DNA from: Macrostomum lignano | Lineage: Eukaryota | DNA: 64,000 nucleotides | Reading direction: 5' to 3' | Assembly: GCA_002269645.1 (NCBI GenBank) | Contig: NIVC01001539.1 | Span: 62,001-126,000, forward strand | In this document: piece by piece, positions 48,601 through 60,480 of the stretch | How positions within the stretch are numbered: the stretch's first letter is position 1 | How the letters are laid out: each line of letters begins with the position of its first letter | Position numbers and translations under genes: made by a program | The notes under the pieces: generated by a model | The model's input: only the letters and a program-made list of their open reading frames with translations | The model's database searches: none | Told to the model about the DNA's origin: nothing

Positions 48601-50767
48601 AGCGCCATCTCGTTGTCCGTCGCCTACTTCGATTGGACGGCAAGGCGGGCCAGCCGCTGATGCAGGATGCGGACGGCCGGACGCCGGTGGACCTGGCTGT
48701 GCTGTCGGGCGCCGGCCCGGCCTTGGCGGTCCTCCTCGGGGCTCTGGTGACGGAGGGCAAGTCGTCCGAGGTGCTTTCGGAGGTGCGAGATTTGGAGGTA
48801 ATTTGGAAGAAATGGTGTGGGTACCGTTTTTATTTGGTAGGGAGGGGCGAGAAGCTCGGCGATAAACGCATATGACTCTTCCGCAACGATCCCTGGTTCG
48901 ATTCCGTACATCCGGCAACTTTCTAATCGTCAGGTATGTACACCTTGCGCCTCTGCGCCTTGGGGTTGGCCCTCATCCTTGTGAACCCATGTCCAATAAT
49001 CGCGCACAAGCCATAAATAAATGTTCACGGAATTGAACCATGCAGGGGTTTATCGCTCCTCTGCCACCACCAGAACCGCATCATCATCCCAGCCACTCAT
49101 CGCACACTGAAGGGTCGCGGCCTGTTGCACTCCGCCTGTCTCACTGGCCGCGCAGACACCGTTCTACAATTGGTTGCTATGGGCTTGAGCCCTTGGCAAC
49201 CGGACGCGCACGGCCTGCCGGCGGTATGCTACGCCGCAGCCGCCAAGAGTCCGGACGCTCTGCACGCTCTGCTCAACGCTGGCACGGTCGGCGGGCTCGG
49301 CCTGCTGGCAGCTCGCGTGGCCGAAGACGGAGCCACCCTGGCGCACTTGGCCGCTCACGCCAACCGCCCTGCGGCACTTCGTCTGCTGGCGGCGGCCGGC
49401 CTGCCCGTCCTGACTGCGGTCGATTTCGACGGCTGGAGTCCATTGCAACTGGCGATCGCCGCTGGAGCCTGGGACGCCGCTGAGGCCTTGGTCGATGAGG
49501 CCGCTTCGCAGGTAAAACTTTGCATGCCATTTATTCCACAGAATCTACTGAGATCTTTCAAACTCGAGCACGAGCCTCAAATCACGGAATCGAACCCTGG
49601 GTAGCTTACCACTTTACTGAGTTCAGCAGTGCCGTTTTGTCACTTTGACAGGTGGAAGCTGCCATCGCGGCCGAGGCAGACCCGACGGTTGAGTGTCCGG
49701 CCGCGGCGCGCCTCCCGGACATGCGGACGCCAGACGGTCGATCGCTGCTTCATCTGGCCGTGACTGCTGGAAACTGCGGCCTGGTGATCGGCATTCTCTC
49801 CATCGCCCGTCTGTTGAGCCCGCCAGCATCTGGTCAGTCCTCCCCGCCGCTGCATCCGACGCATGTCCCCGATCCGCTGGGCTGGACGCCGCTGCACGTG
49901 ACCCTCTTTGCTGGTCGGGCGAATCTTGCCCGCCTGCTTCTGGACATCAGCCCGGTGACGGCTTTGTCAGTCAGCCGTACCGCTGACGGCCTGACCTGCC
50001 TGCACCTGGCCGTGTCCGGCTGCTGCCTCGGCCATGGCAGCGTGGATGCCATTCAACTGTGCCAGGAGTTCTGGCCCTGGCAGGCGGTCACCACAGACAA
50101 TGAAGGCGCAATGCCGATTCATTTGGCGTCGGCCTGCGGCTGTGAAGCTGCTGTGAGTGCTTTGCTGAGCACTTGCGGCGTGTTTCAATCCCTGCATCTG
50201 ACTGCTCAAGGCGACTCTCCGCTGCACCTGGCCGGCTCGGAGACTGTGGCCCGCCTGCTGTCCAGCCGGATGCTAATGAAGGACCGAATTCAGCGTAATT
50301 TAGCCGGACGCACCCCCAGCGAGGAGGCGCGAGCTCGGGGCCGCTCTGAGGCGCTTGTCGAACTGCTACGAGAGCTGGAGCTGGAGGCACTGGTGGATGC
50401 TGATGGGAAACAACCTGCCAACCAGCCTACCAACCAGCCTGCCAACCAGCCTGCCAACCAGCCTGCCAACCAGCCTGCCAACCAGCCTACCAACCAGCCT
50501 ACCAACCAGCCTACCAACCAGCCTACCAACCAGCCTGCTAAAAAAAATACCAACCAGCCTGCCAACCAGCCTGCCAACCAGCCTGCCAACCAGCCTGCCA
50601 ACCAGCCTACCAACCAGCCTGCCAACCAGCCTGCCAACCAGCCTGCCAACCAGCCTGCCAAAAAAAATACCAACCAGCCTGCCAACCAGCCTGCCAACCA
50701 GCCTGCCAGCCAGCCTGCCGACCAGGTCTCTCGATCGCGAATCTCTAGTAGTAGGAGATTACGTTAA
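42665..50767 (+). CDS. Multi-exon long ankyrin-repeat protein (roughly 25-30 repeats, about 1400 aa)
   Basis: Exons 42665-43035, 45303-46707, 46812-47316, 48214-about 48782/48797, about 49046/49113-49511 and 49652-50767. Phases match at four of five junctions (GG|G, CCG|GTG, G|AC, CAG|GTG); exon 4/5 is uncertain. Repeated [34 protein letters not shown] and GDSPLHLA motifs. Confidence 0.88.
43097..45200. repeat. 21-bp polypyrimidine minisatellite (CTCCCCGCCTCTCTTCTCCCC) filling ankyrin intron 1
   Basis: Periodicity is visible; open in all six frames because the unit has no stop codons. Confidence 0.97.
47525..48075. repeat. 5/10-bp repeat (TTCACTTTAG, TTTAG) in ankyrin intron 3
   Basis: Directly visible. 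Confidence 0.93.
50410..50725 (+). repeat. 12-bp repeat (CCAACCAGCCTG/A), in frame as QPAN/QPTN
   Basis: About 25 units at the end of ORF 49652..50767. Confidence 0.92.
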
Positions 50768-50831
50768 AAATAGCTATAGCTTATATTGAAGTCTCTTTGG
50801 GCACTGAAAAACTGAATAAAGGGAGTTGTAC

Positions 50832-50950
50832 GAGCTAGCCTAGTGGTTAGAGCGTCGGACTCACCAATTCCCGACCCTTTCAGAACAATTTGTGTCCTTG
50901 AGCAAGACACTAAACTCTGCATTGCTTCAGTTCACTCGGCTGTAAAATTG
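50832..50950 (+). mobile_element. tRNA-derived CORE-SINE (MIR-like) remnant
   Basis: A-box head TAGCCTAGTGGTTAGAGCG. TGTGTCCTTGAGCAAGACACTAAACT...GCTTCAGTTCACTCGGCTGTAAAAT aligns by eye with the MIR CORE consensus (TGTGACCTTGGGCAAGTCACTTAACCT...GCCTCAGTTTCCTCATCTGTAAAAT). B-box missing; 3' end undefined. Confidence 0.6.
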
Positions 50951-51789
50951 ATTTCTAGTTCAATCTAGAAATCTGGGGTAATTGAGGGTGTGTGTGGCGA
51001 CCCCCCCCCCCCAGTCCTTGGACTGAACAGCCGTACGCAGCCTTCAGATGCGCCGCGCAATAGCTGCGGCTGAGCTGTCGGTTGCACATCTGGCCAATAG
51101 GGCAGGTGTAATTTCAAGATGGCGCTTCTAGTTTAAAGAAGCCTCTTATTAATAATAGATATGTCCATGTTGCTGCAACCACATTCATTACTTGGAAAAT
51201 AATGATTCTTGTTTCGAATTGTAATTTCATACGTATTTGACTTTTATATAGTTCTGCCGTTATTGCCCTCCATTGCTACTTGAAGTAGTGCAAATCTTCT
51301 ACTATTTAATTTACTAGTTACTGCCGTTAGAAAAGTTTATAAACCAATAAAAATGCTTATCCTGAATAAAAATAGTCTGTTCATTGCTGCCGACATTCTT
51401 TTGTCAGTCTGTCTCGGGCTGGGGTTCAAGGCTTTGGATTAAATGGAAGCTGAGATTGTTCGCCTCATCAAAGTATCTCCAAAGTTCTTCGTAAATAGAC
51501 TGCCAAGTGAAGTTTGACTGCCAAGCAGAAGCAGAGCAGTGCAATTTAAGCAGTAAATTGTAAAAAATGCTTCAATTTAACAGTGTTGTAAACCTGAAAA
51601 TATGGAACTTCTCAAATTGGGGTTATAAAATATTTGCTAAGAGAACTGGATGTAGATGTGACAGTTGTGGCCCGTGAGGAGATCAGAGTTCAGGAAATAG
51701 AGAGGATAGAGAAACTGGGAGTAGATGAGAACTGGAGAAGGGCAGATATGATAGAAGTGAAAAAATAAAAATGAGGGTGAGGAAAATTA

Positions 51790-51918
51790 GAGATGAGAGT
51801 TGGGGAAAGGGTAGAGATGAGAGTTGGGGAAAGGGTAGGGATGAGAGTCGGGGAAGGGTAGGGATGAGAGTCGGGGAAGGGTAGGGATGAAAGCTGGGAA
51901 AGGGTAGAGATGAGAGCT
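51790..51918. repeat. 23-24-bp purine-rich repeat (AGAGATGAGAGTTGGGGAAAGGGT), about 5 copies
   Basis: Directly visible. Confidence 0.85.
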
Positions 51919-52161
51919 GAGTACCTTTAGGCTAATATTCACAATCTTTTCAAAAGAATCGTAAAATGCAAGACGAAAATGAACTTTAAAATCTGCAGCT
52001 TCCGGTACGGTACGGAAGCGGCACGTATTTTTAGATTTTTATTACCTGAGTAGCATGCACGGATATAGTAAGAGTTGTAATTCAAGTCCCATTTAGTTTG
52101 TTTATTTACTGATACAATCAACATCGAATACGGAATCGGCAGGAATTAAGGGGGTTGAGCA

Positions 52162-55070
52162 TTAGTCGGAGTAGCAGTGCGGGAACTGCTGTCGGAACTC
52201 GTTCATGGCCACGTCACCGAATTTGTACAGCTTCTTGCAGGGCGTGCCCACGCTCTCAAAGATGCCGTTGTACTTCTGGCGGCTGCTCCTGCGGCGGGTT
52301 TGAGAGAGGAGTGTGACTAGAGAGTTTCATTAGAGAGGTTATGATTAGACAGGGTGATTAAACAGAGTGATTAGACAGGGTGATTAGAAATGTCTGATTA
52401 GACAGGGTGATTAGAGAGGGTGATTAGAGAGGGTGATTAGACAGGGTGATTAGAGAGGCCTGATTAGACAGGGTGATTAGACAGGGTGATTAGAGAGGGT
52501 GATTAGACAGGGTGATTAGAGAGGCCTGATTAGACAGGGTGATTAGAGAGGGTGATTAGACAGGGTGATTAGAGAGGCCTGATTTGACAGGGTGATTAAA
52601 GAAGTCTGATTAGACAGGGTGATTAGACAGTTTTGATTAAACAGGGTGATTAGAGAGGTTATGATTAGACAGGGTGATTAGAAAGGCTTGATTTGACAGG
52701 GTGATAAGAGAGGGTGATAAAAAGGCCTGATTTGACAGGGTGATTAGAGAGGCCTGATTAGACAGGGTGATTAGAAAGGCCTGATTTGACAGGGTGATTA
52801 GAAAGGCCTGATTTGACAGGGTGATTAGAAAGGCCTGATTAGACAGGGTGATTAGAGAGGCATGATTTGACAGGGTGATTAGAGAGGGTGATTAGAAAGG
52901 CCTGATTTGACAGGGTGATTAGAGATGCCTGATTTGACAGGGTGATTAGAGAGGGTGATTAAAAAGGCCTGATTTGACAGGGTGATTAGAAAGGCCTGAT
53001 TTGACAGGGTGATTAGAGATGCCTGATTTGACAGGGTGATTAGACAGGGTGATTAGACAGGGTGATTAGACAGGGTGATTAGACAGGGTGATTAGAGAGG
53101 CCTGATTAGACAGGGTGATTAGACAGGGTGATTAGAGAGGCCTGATTAGACAGGGTGATTAGAGAGGCCTGATTAGACAGGGTGATTAGAGAGGCCTGAT
53201 TTGACAGGGTGATTGTAGAGGCCTGATTAGACAGGGTGATTAGAGAGGCCTGATTTGACAGGGTAATTGTAGAGGCCTGATTAGACAGGGTGATTAGAAA
53301 GGCCTGATTTGACAGGGTGATTAGAGAGGCCTGATTAGACAGGGTGATTAGACAGGAGTGCTACCTGAAGAATTGCTATAAATCGCTATACATTTTTAAG
53401 CTACTATTTATGGATCCAAGGGTTTGAAAGCGCAAGCCAGGCTGACCTGATGGCTCGGGTCAGCGTGCTGAACTCCGCGCTGGTGTTGCTCTTGAACTTG
53501 CACCAGATCAGAGCCAGCATCTGGGTATTCAGCACCAGGAAATAGTTCGATGGCCGATCTGTCGGCTTCCTGCGCTGGTCGCAAAACACGGCCACCTGGC
53601 CGAGGGCCGACTGCTCATCAGGAGATTCAAAAGTTGGCGCCGAGGAGTTGAGAACGCTGTGCAGAATGACGCCCAGGAATGTGTGAATTCGGCGACCGTG
53701 ACCTTCTGTTGAATGAGTGAACGGTCGTTTTCAATGTTGCGAAATCTATGGAATTCTATCAAACTAATCTAGAGACCTTTTTGGAACTGATCTAGAGACA
53801 ATCTAGAAACTAATCTAGAGGCAATCTAGAAACTGATCTAGAGACAATCTAGAAACTAATCTAGAGACAATCTAGAAACTGATCTAGAGACAATCTAGAA
53901 ACTGATCTAGAGACAATCTAGAAACTGATCTAGAGACAATCTAGAAACTAATCTAGAGACAATCTAGAAACTGATCTAGAGGCAATCTAGAAACTGATCT
54001 AGAGACAATCTAGAAACTAATCTAGAGACAATCTAGAAACTAATCTAGGGACAATCTAGAATCTGATCTAGAGACAATCTAGAAACTAATCTAGAGACAA
54101 TCTAGAAACTGATCTAGAGACAATCTAGAAACTGATCTAGAGACAATCTAGAAACTGATCTAGAGACAATTTAGAAACTAATCTAGAGACAATCTAGAAA
54201 CTAATCTAGAGACAATCTAGAAACTAATCTAGAGACAATCTAGAAACTATTCTAGAGATAATCTAGAAACTGATCTAGAGAAAATCTAGAAACTAATCTA
54301 GAGACAATCTAGAAACTAATCTAGAGACAATCTAGAAATGAACCTAGAGACAATCTAGAAACTAATCTACAGACAATCTAGAAACTAATCTAGAGACAAT
54401 CTAGAAACTAATCTAGAGACAATCTAGAAACTAATCTAGAGAAAATCTAGAAACTAATCTAGAGACAATCTAGAAACTAATCTAGAGACAATCTAAAGAT
54501 CAGAGTGTAAACATCAGCTAGACCTTTACGGTCATTAGAAGAATGTCTAGAGCAGATCTAAAGAGCCCGTAGCATCCAAACTCGCTCACCCATTCTCCGT
54601 CGAATGATGTCTGCAGCCTTGGCGGCCTTCTCGTGCATCAGCGGGTCCAGTCCTGAGCCGCCGAAGCCGCCGCCGCCGCCCTGCACACTTGAAGAAGCAG
54701 CCGTGGCTGCAACACAGCTTACCGCCTGCGGCGGCACGTAGGGTGGCAACAGTCGCAGCGTTAAAATCTGCGGCGGAGAACGGCTGCGGCTGCGGCTGCG
54801 GCTGCGACTTCGGCTATGACTTCTGCTGCGGCTTCTGCTGTGGCTTGTCCGCTTCATCGAATAGTCAATCGGCTTCTCATCTGAGTCAGTCGGCGGGGAC
54901 AGCTGATGAAGGCTGCTGGGCGGCTTTGACAGGGCGGGACAGGGCTGCAGCGGCGGAGGCGGCAACGACTGCTGCTGTTTGATGCCATCAAGATTTCGCC
55001 GGTGCGTCAGCTGCAGCGACACCTCCTGCGGTCCGCGGTGATCGGTAAACAACGCGGGCAGCTCTTGCAT
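52162..55070 (-). CDS. Divergent ETS-domain transcription factor (exons 55070-54590, 53745-53447, 52288-52162)
   Basis: Spliced product ends ...YFLVLNTQMLALIWCKFKSNTSAEFSTLTRAIR|SSRQKYNGIFESVGTPCKKLYKFG, which aligns without gaps to ETS [32 protein letters not shown]...YQF. The last junction has canonical GT/AG and matching phase. Two single-base corrections are needed upstream. N-terminal part has a PIDYS motif and an RS tract. Confidence 0.72.
52315..53355. repeat. 13/14-bp composite satellite (GATTAGACAGGGT / GATTAGAGAGGCCT) in an ETS-gene intron
   Basis: Directly visible. Confidence 0.94.
53765..54500. repeat. 23-bp satellite (AATCTAGAAACTGATCTAGAGAC), about 32 copies, in an ETS-gene intron
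   Basis: Directly visible; two TCTAGA palindromes per unit. Confidence 0.96.
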
Positions 55071-55637
55071 CCTTGTCAGGCTCTGGCTTGAGGCTTTTCA
55101 CCTGTGACCGTGTGTGTGTGTCGGTATGTGTGCGTGTTGGGTTGCGTGCTTGAGTGCCCGCCTGTGACGCTGAAGCTTCGTTTATTAAATAAAACACGGT
55201 CAGAGCCCAGGTGACCCAGCTGCCCCCACCCTGCCCGCCCAGCTCTGCAATTCTCTCTCTGCATCGAAAAGGAAGGAAAGAAGAACTGCTGCTGCTGCTG
55301 TTGTTGCTGCTGCTGCTGTCGCTAATGAAGTGTAATGAAAAGAGCAGAAGTTTTTGGTCTGATAAGAGAACTTCATCGCGTTCAGAGTTGAATAGGAGGG
55401 ACGGCCGAGTGTACATTTAAGGGAGTCACAAGTGGCAGCCCTCCTGTGTGCAGCTGCTGCGTGTGACATAAACAATAGGGGGGCAGGGGTGGCTGCGGCT
55501 GCAGAGGCTTCAAAGCTGAGCGAAGGCTGTACGCAGGCTGGCGGGGCGGCGTCTCGGAACTGCCGAGAGACTTAAGCCCGAGCGCGAGTGCCAGTCATCG
55601 GTATGGGTGAGGGGGCTAGATAGATAGATAGGGATAG

Positions 55638-55927
<290 letters not shown>

Positions 55928-56285
55928 ATTTCTAGTATCTATCAGTTCGATTCCTATCATATTACTTTTAGTAAAGGGCTTGGAAAATTTAACTGCCTAT
56001 ATTTGTTAGTGAAGTATTGCAAAATTGCAGTGTTGTTCAGCTCAATGAAATATCGGAAGTCGAAGAAGAAACACAATTTCTGCTTCTAGAAGAAGCACAG
56101 CAAGCAAGAGAGACTCAAGCTTTCTATTTCTCACTGTTTTCCACTTTCCTCACTCGCTGTCTCCGTCTCTCTGTGCCGGTGATTTATGACCCCGGCTGGG
56201 CCGTCCCTGATTTATCTCCTCCGAGTGCTACAGGGCAGCTGTTTCGAACATGTGTTTCACCCCCCCCCCTGCTGTAAGAAGTGAG

Positions 56286-56454
56286 TCAGGCCCTGAGCAG
56301 ATAACGCGCTTTCATGATGGGATTTGCCAGCCAGCCAGCCAGACCAGCCTCCCTTGGGAGTTTGACTCCCCCTTCACTGCTACAAGACGATGGAGTTTCT
56401 GACTGTCTTGGCGACTTGGAGATTACATTATCAGTTTTTTTAATTCGACTTTTA
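56286..56454 (-). CDS. Possible upstream exon of the ETS-like gene
   Basis: Non-repetitive Ser-rich frame (KSRIKKTDNVISKSPRQSETPSSCSSEGG...) after an AG at 56455-56456. No convincing donor. Confidence 0.25.
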
Positions 56455-56489
56455 CTTTGTAGGTGAATGATTCGTTTTAGAGTGAGTGA

Positions 56490-56922
56490 AGCGTCGTGAT
56501 GGGTGAGTGAGGCGCCAAGGGAAGTAGTGGGGCGCCGTGATGGGTGAGTGAGGCGCCAAGGGAAGTAGTGGGGCGCCGTGACGGGTGAGTGAGGCGCCAA
56601 GGGAAGTAGTGGGGCGCCGTGATGGGTGAGTGAGGCGCCAAGGGAAGTAGTGGGGCGCCGTGACGGGTGAGTGAGGCGCCAAGGGAAGTAGTGAAGCGCC
56701 GTGATGAGTGAGTGAGGCGCCAAGGGAAGTAGTGAGGCACCGTGATGGGTAAGTGAGTTGCCAGCAGAGATACTGAGGTGCAAACAGAGATACTGAGGCG
56801 CAAACAGAGATACTGAGGCGCCAACAGAGATACTGAGGCGCCAGCAGAGATACTGAGGCGCCAGCAGAGATACTGAGGCGAAAACAGAGATACTGAGGCG
56901 CCAACAGATACTGAGGCGCCAG
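56490..56922. repeat. Adjacent 41-bp (about 6.5 copies) and 20-bp (about 8 copies) minisatellites sharing TGAGGCGCCA
   Basis: Units GGGTGAGTGAGGCGCCAAGGGAAGTAGTGGGGCGCCGTGAT and CAGAGATACTGAGGCGCCAG. Confidence 0.92.
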
Positions 56923-57110
56923 CATTGACAATGACGCGCCACAGTTTCGCATCGGTGTTAGCACATATTAAAACTAAGCGAGCGAGCGAACTCTCGAGAA
57001 GGCCGGTGCCGGGGAGGGGATGAGGGGAGTTTGCGGCGGCTTATCTATTCGAGGCGGATTCGGGGAGCGCCGCGATGCGAAGTGAAAGACACGGCCGGAT
57101 AAGGAGATAC

Positions 57111-57586
57111 TCGCTAGCACTCGCTGCCCCATGCCACGGTTGAATGGGCGGCGGCGGCGGCTTCGCTAGAGACCCGAGTGAGAGCGAAGATGAGCAGAGA
57201 GACAGAGAGAGATTCGAAAGCTGAGCTGCTGGGCAGCCACCGCCCCCTCCCTCCATTCTTCCCAAAGCCGGGCGCACTCCAGCGAGCCGAGCGCCGAGCA
57301 GGGCAGGCCCCGATGATTGACTACCTGTCAGATGTGACACTAATCCGGAGCAAAACAGGTCTCCGGTCTGGGATAGAGATGCAGGCGCGATGGGGGAAGA
57401 GAGAGATTGGCGACCGGCGCGCGGTGGGGATCTGATTAATGGCGGGGAGATTTGCCCGAGCCCTAATCTCTGCCTCATTTGCTGCTCCATCGCAGCCTCG
57501 CAGCCAAAGTCCGGATCAATAGGGGGGGGGGGGGGGGGGCTTGCGTGCCGCTGCTCTCTTGCAAATGAGGAAATTCGAAAAGACAA
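57111..57586 (-). CDS. Possible first exon (Pro/Ser/Gly-rich) of the ETS-like gene
   Basis: GC-rich ORF starting with ATG just downstream of GA-repeat, CCAAT and TAATT-rich promoter-like DNA (57620-57780). Candidate donor GA|GTATCT at 57111/57110 is phase-compatible with 56454. Confidence 0.35.
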
Positions 57587-57782
57587 AACAGAGTAAAACC
57601 TTGGAAAGATGCAGGATGAAACTCTCTCTCTCTCGCTCTCTCTCTCTCTCAGCTTGCGTGAGAGATTTTCTAAGAAATTTGGCCACGCCTAATTGGCCAA
57701 TTAATCTCTGCGCTCGGCTCGGCTTGGCTGCTTTAATAATTGGAGAAGGCAGGCAACAGGCTGCGGCTCGGGTGCGCGCATT

Positions 57783-58150
57783 CTCCCTCACTCCCCCACT
57801 CGCTCCCTCACTCTCTCCCTCACTCTCCCCCTCACTCTCTCCCTCACTCGCTCCCTCACTCTCTCCCTCACTCTCCCCCTCACTCTCTACCTCACTCTCC
57901 CCCTCACTCTCCCTCTCACTTTCCCCTCACTCTCTCCCTCACTCTCCCCCTCACTCTCCCTCTCACTTTCCCTCACTCTCTACCTCACTCTCCCCCTCAC
58001 TCTCCCTCTCACTTTCCCCTCACTCTCTACCTCACTCTCCCCCTCACTCTCCCTCTCACTTTCCCCTCACTCTCTCCCTCACTCTTCCTCACTCTCTCCC
58101 TCACTCGCTCCCTCACTCTCTCCCTCACTCTCTCTCTCTCACTCTCTTTC
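57783..58150. repeat. CT-rich 10-12-bp repeat (CCCTCACTCT[CT])
   Basis: Directly visible. Confidence 0.9.
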
Positions 58151-58768
58151 TCGCATTCTCACTCTCTCCGTCTCACTTTAACCTTTTGTCTATCTCATTC
58201 CCTCTGCCTTTCCCCCTCTCTTCTTCTCTCCTACTCCCCAAGGAATTCCTCAAGAATCAATGGGTGCAGGTTGAGCTAGACCAGACTCTTGGCTCCCACA
58301 CTTTCGATGCAGAATTTTTTCAAACACAGTTTCTCCTTAACATTTGTTTTTCTGTTTTTTTCTTCGTTCTTTTTCGCACTCTTTCTTCTGCCAAGCTGTC
58401 ACAGAGTCTCCTGATTTGGGACAGGACGGCAACTGGAAGCTTTTCAGACATTTTTGCTTGGATACCAGGCCTCCTGCAGTTCCTTCTGCTTCTGCAGCTC
58501 CCAAGGTCTGCAACAGATTCTGGAATTAGTGAATTTGCCAATTTTTTTTTCTAATAAGAAAGTCAGCAACGGAGCGGGGCCTGGAGTTGCTCTGCAGAAA
58601 TGTTCCAGTCGATATTTCCGCTTTCTGGTTCAAATGTTTTTGACACAATCTCTTCTTTTAGAAGTGAGACGTTTGACGAGCAGATGGGAAAAGTAGTGAA
58701 CTGATTCTGCTCTGACTCTTAGGCGAGTTTTATCTATGTAAAATACCCCAATGTACGTAGTGAAATAT

Positions 58769-59253
58769 TAGGGGCTTCGCCACCGGGAGGGACAGGGGGG
58801 ACATGTCCCCCACAGTAAAAGTTGTGGGAGGGACATGCCAATGCTTTGTCCCCCTCACCCAACCTCATGACCCGTTATGAAAATCAATAATTTTGCTTCA
58901 GGGTGACAAAAATGAGTGCCTGCGGCGCTAAATGATTGCCTGCCGCGCTAAAATGAGTGCCTGTGGCGCTAAATGATTGCCTGCGGCGCTAAAATGATTG
59001 CCTGTGGCGCTAAATGATTGCCTGCCGCGCTAAAATGAGTGCCTGCGGCGCTAAATTGAGTGCCTGTGGCGCTAAAATGATTGCCTGCGGCGCTAAAATG
59101 AGTGCCTGCGGCGCTAAATGATTGCCTGCGGCGCTAAAATGAGTGCCTGCGGCGCTGACAACACCGATTCTAAAAAGAATATGTACGAGCGTACATGTAC
59201 ATGTAGAATTCTTGGCTTTGTCCCCCTATCAAAAAACCATGGCGACGCCCCTG
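58769..59253. mobile_element. MITE-like element with 14-bp TIRs and an internal 21-22-bp repeat
   Basis: Left end AGGGGCTTCGCCA and right end TGGCGACGCCCCT; subterminal GGGGGAC/GTCCCCC; (AAAATGAGTGCCTGCGGCGCT)n at about 58905-59160. No TSD found. Confidence 0.6.
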
Positions 59254-59689
59254 AGCATGATAAGCATAGATTGAAAATCAATCTATGTTTGATGCTGCAA
59301 GATTATAATAAACTCTATAAGCTTAAGCTGAAACAAAAAAAACATGATTTGAGCACAAATTGAGTCAGTCGAAAAACTCAGGAAAACATTAGCAAGCCCA
59401 TTAAAGCGGCAGACAATGGAGTACCTGAACTCCACGTGAAATAAAGTTTTTTTTCTATCCCAAAGCTTTTAGCAGTGAAAAATTGTTAAATTCCCAAATC
59501 ACTGCTGTTCCCGCCGACAAAAATTAATTCTTTACAACTCTCCTCCATTGTGTCCGACTCCTCCGTATTGGGAATAATAATGGCTGCATTTTTATGCAAT
59601 TAGCCATTTAGTAGCGATGAGAAAAATTCTTCACTGCAAACTAAAAATTCTACCAAAAACTGCCTAATTATCTTTCTAAAGCAGAACTC

Positions 59690-60480
59690 ATCACAAACTA
59701 GGCACTTCACAAACTAGATGATTCACAAATTTGACACTTCACAAAGTAGAAAATTTTTCACAAACTATAAGATTTAAAAGCCTGACAATTCACAAACTAG
59801 AAAATCCACAAACTAGACAATTCACAAACTAGATGATTCACAAGCTTGACACTTTACAAACTATAAGATTTACAAGCTTGAAAATTCACAAACTGGACAA
59901 TTCATAAACTAGACACTTCACAAACTAGACAGTTCACAAACTAGACACTTCACAAACTAGACACTTCACAAACTAGACACTTCACAAACTAGACACTTCA
60001 CAAACTAGACAATTCACAAAATAGACACTTCACAAACTAGACAATTCACAAAATAGACACTTCACAAACTAGACACTTCACAAACTAGACACTTCACAAA
60101 CTAGACACTTCACAAACTAGACACTTCACAAACTAGATGATTCACAAACTAGACAATTCACAAACTAGACACTTCACAAACTAGATGATTCACAAACTAG
60201 ACAATTCACAAACTAGATGATTCACAAACTAGACAATTCACAAACTGGTCAATTCACAAACTGGTCAATTCACAAACTAGACAGTTCACAAACTAGACAC
60301 TTCACAAACTAGATTATTCACAAACTAGACACTTCACAAACTAGATGATTCACAAACTAGACAATTCACAAACTAGATGATTCACAAACTAGACAATTCA
60401 CAAACTGGTCAATTCACAAACTGGTCAATTCACAAACTGGTCAATTCACAAACTGGTCAATTCACAAAGTGGATAATTCA
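59690..60480. repeat. 16-bp satellite (TTCACAAACTAGACAC), same family as 722-1158
   Basis: Directly visible; shares the CTTCACAAACTAGA core. Confidence 0.94.
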
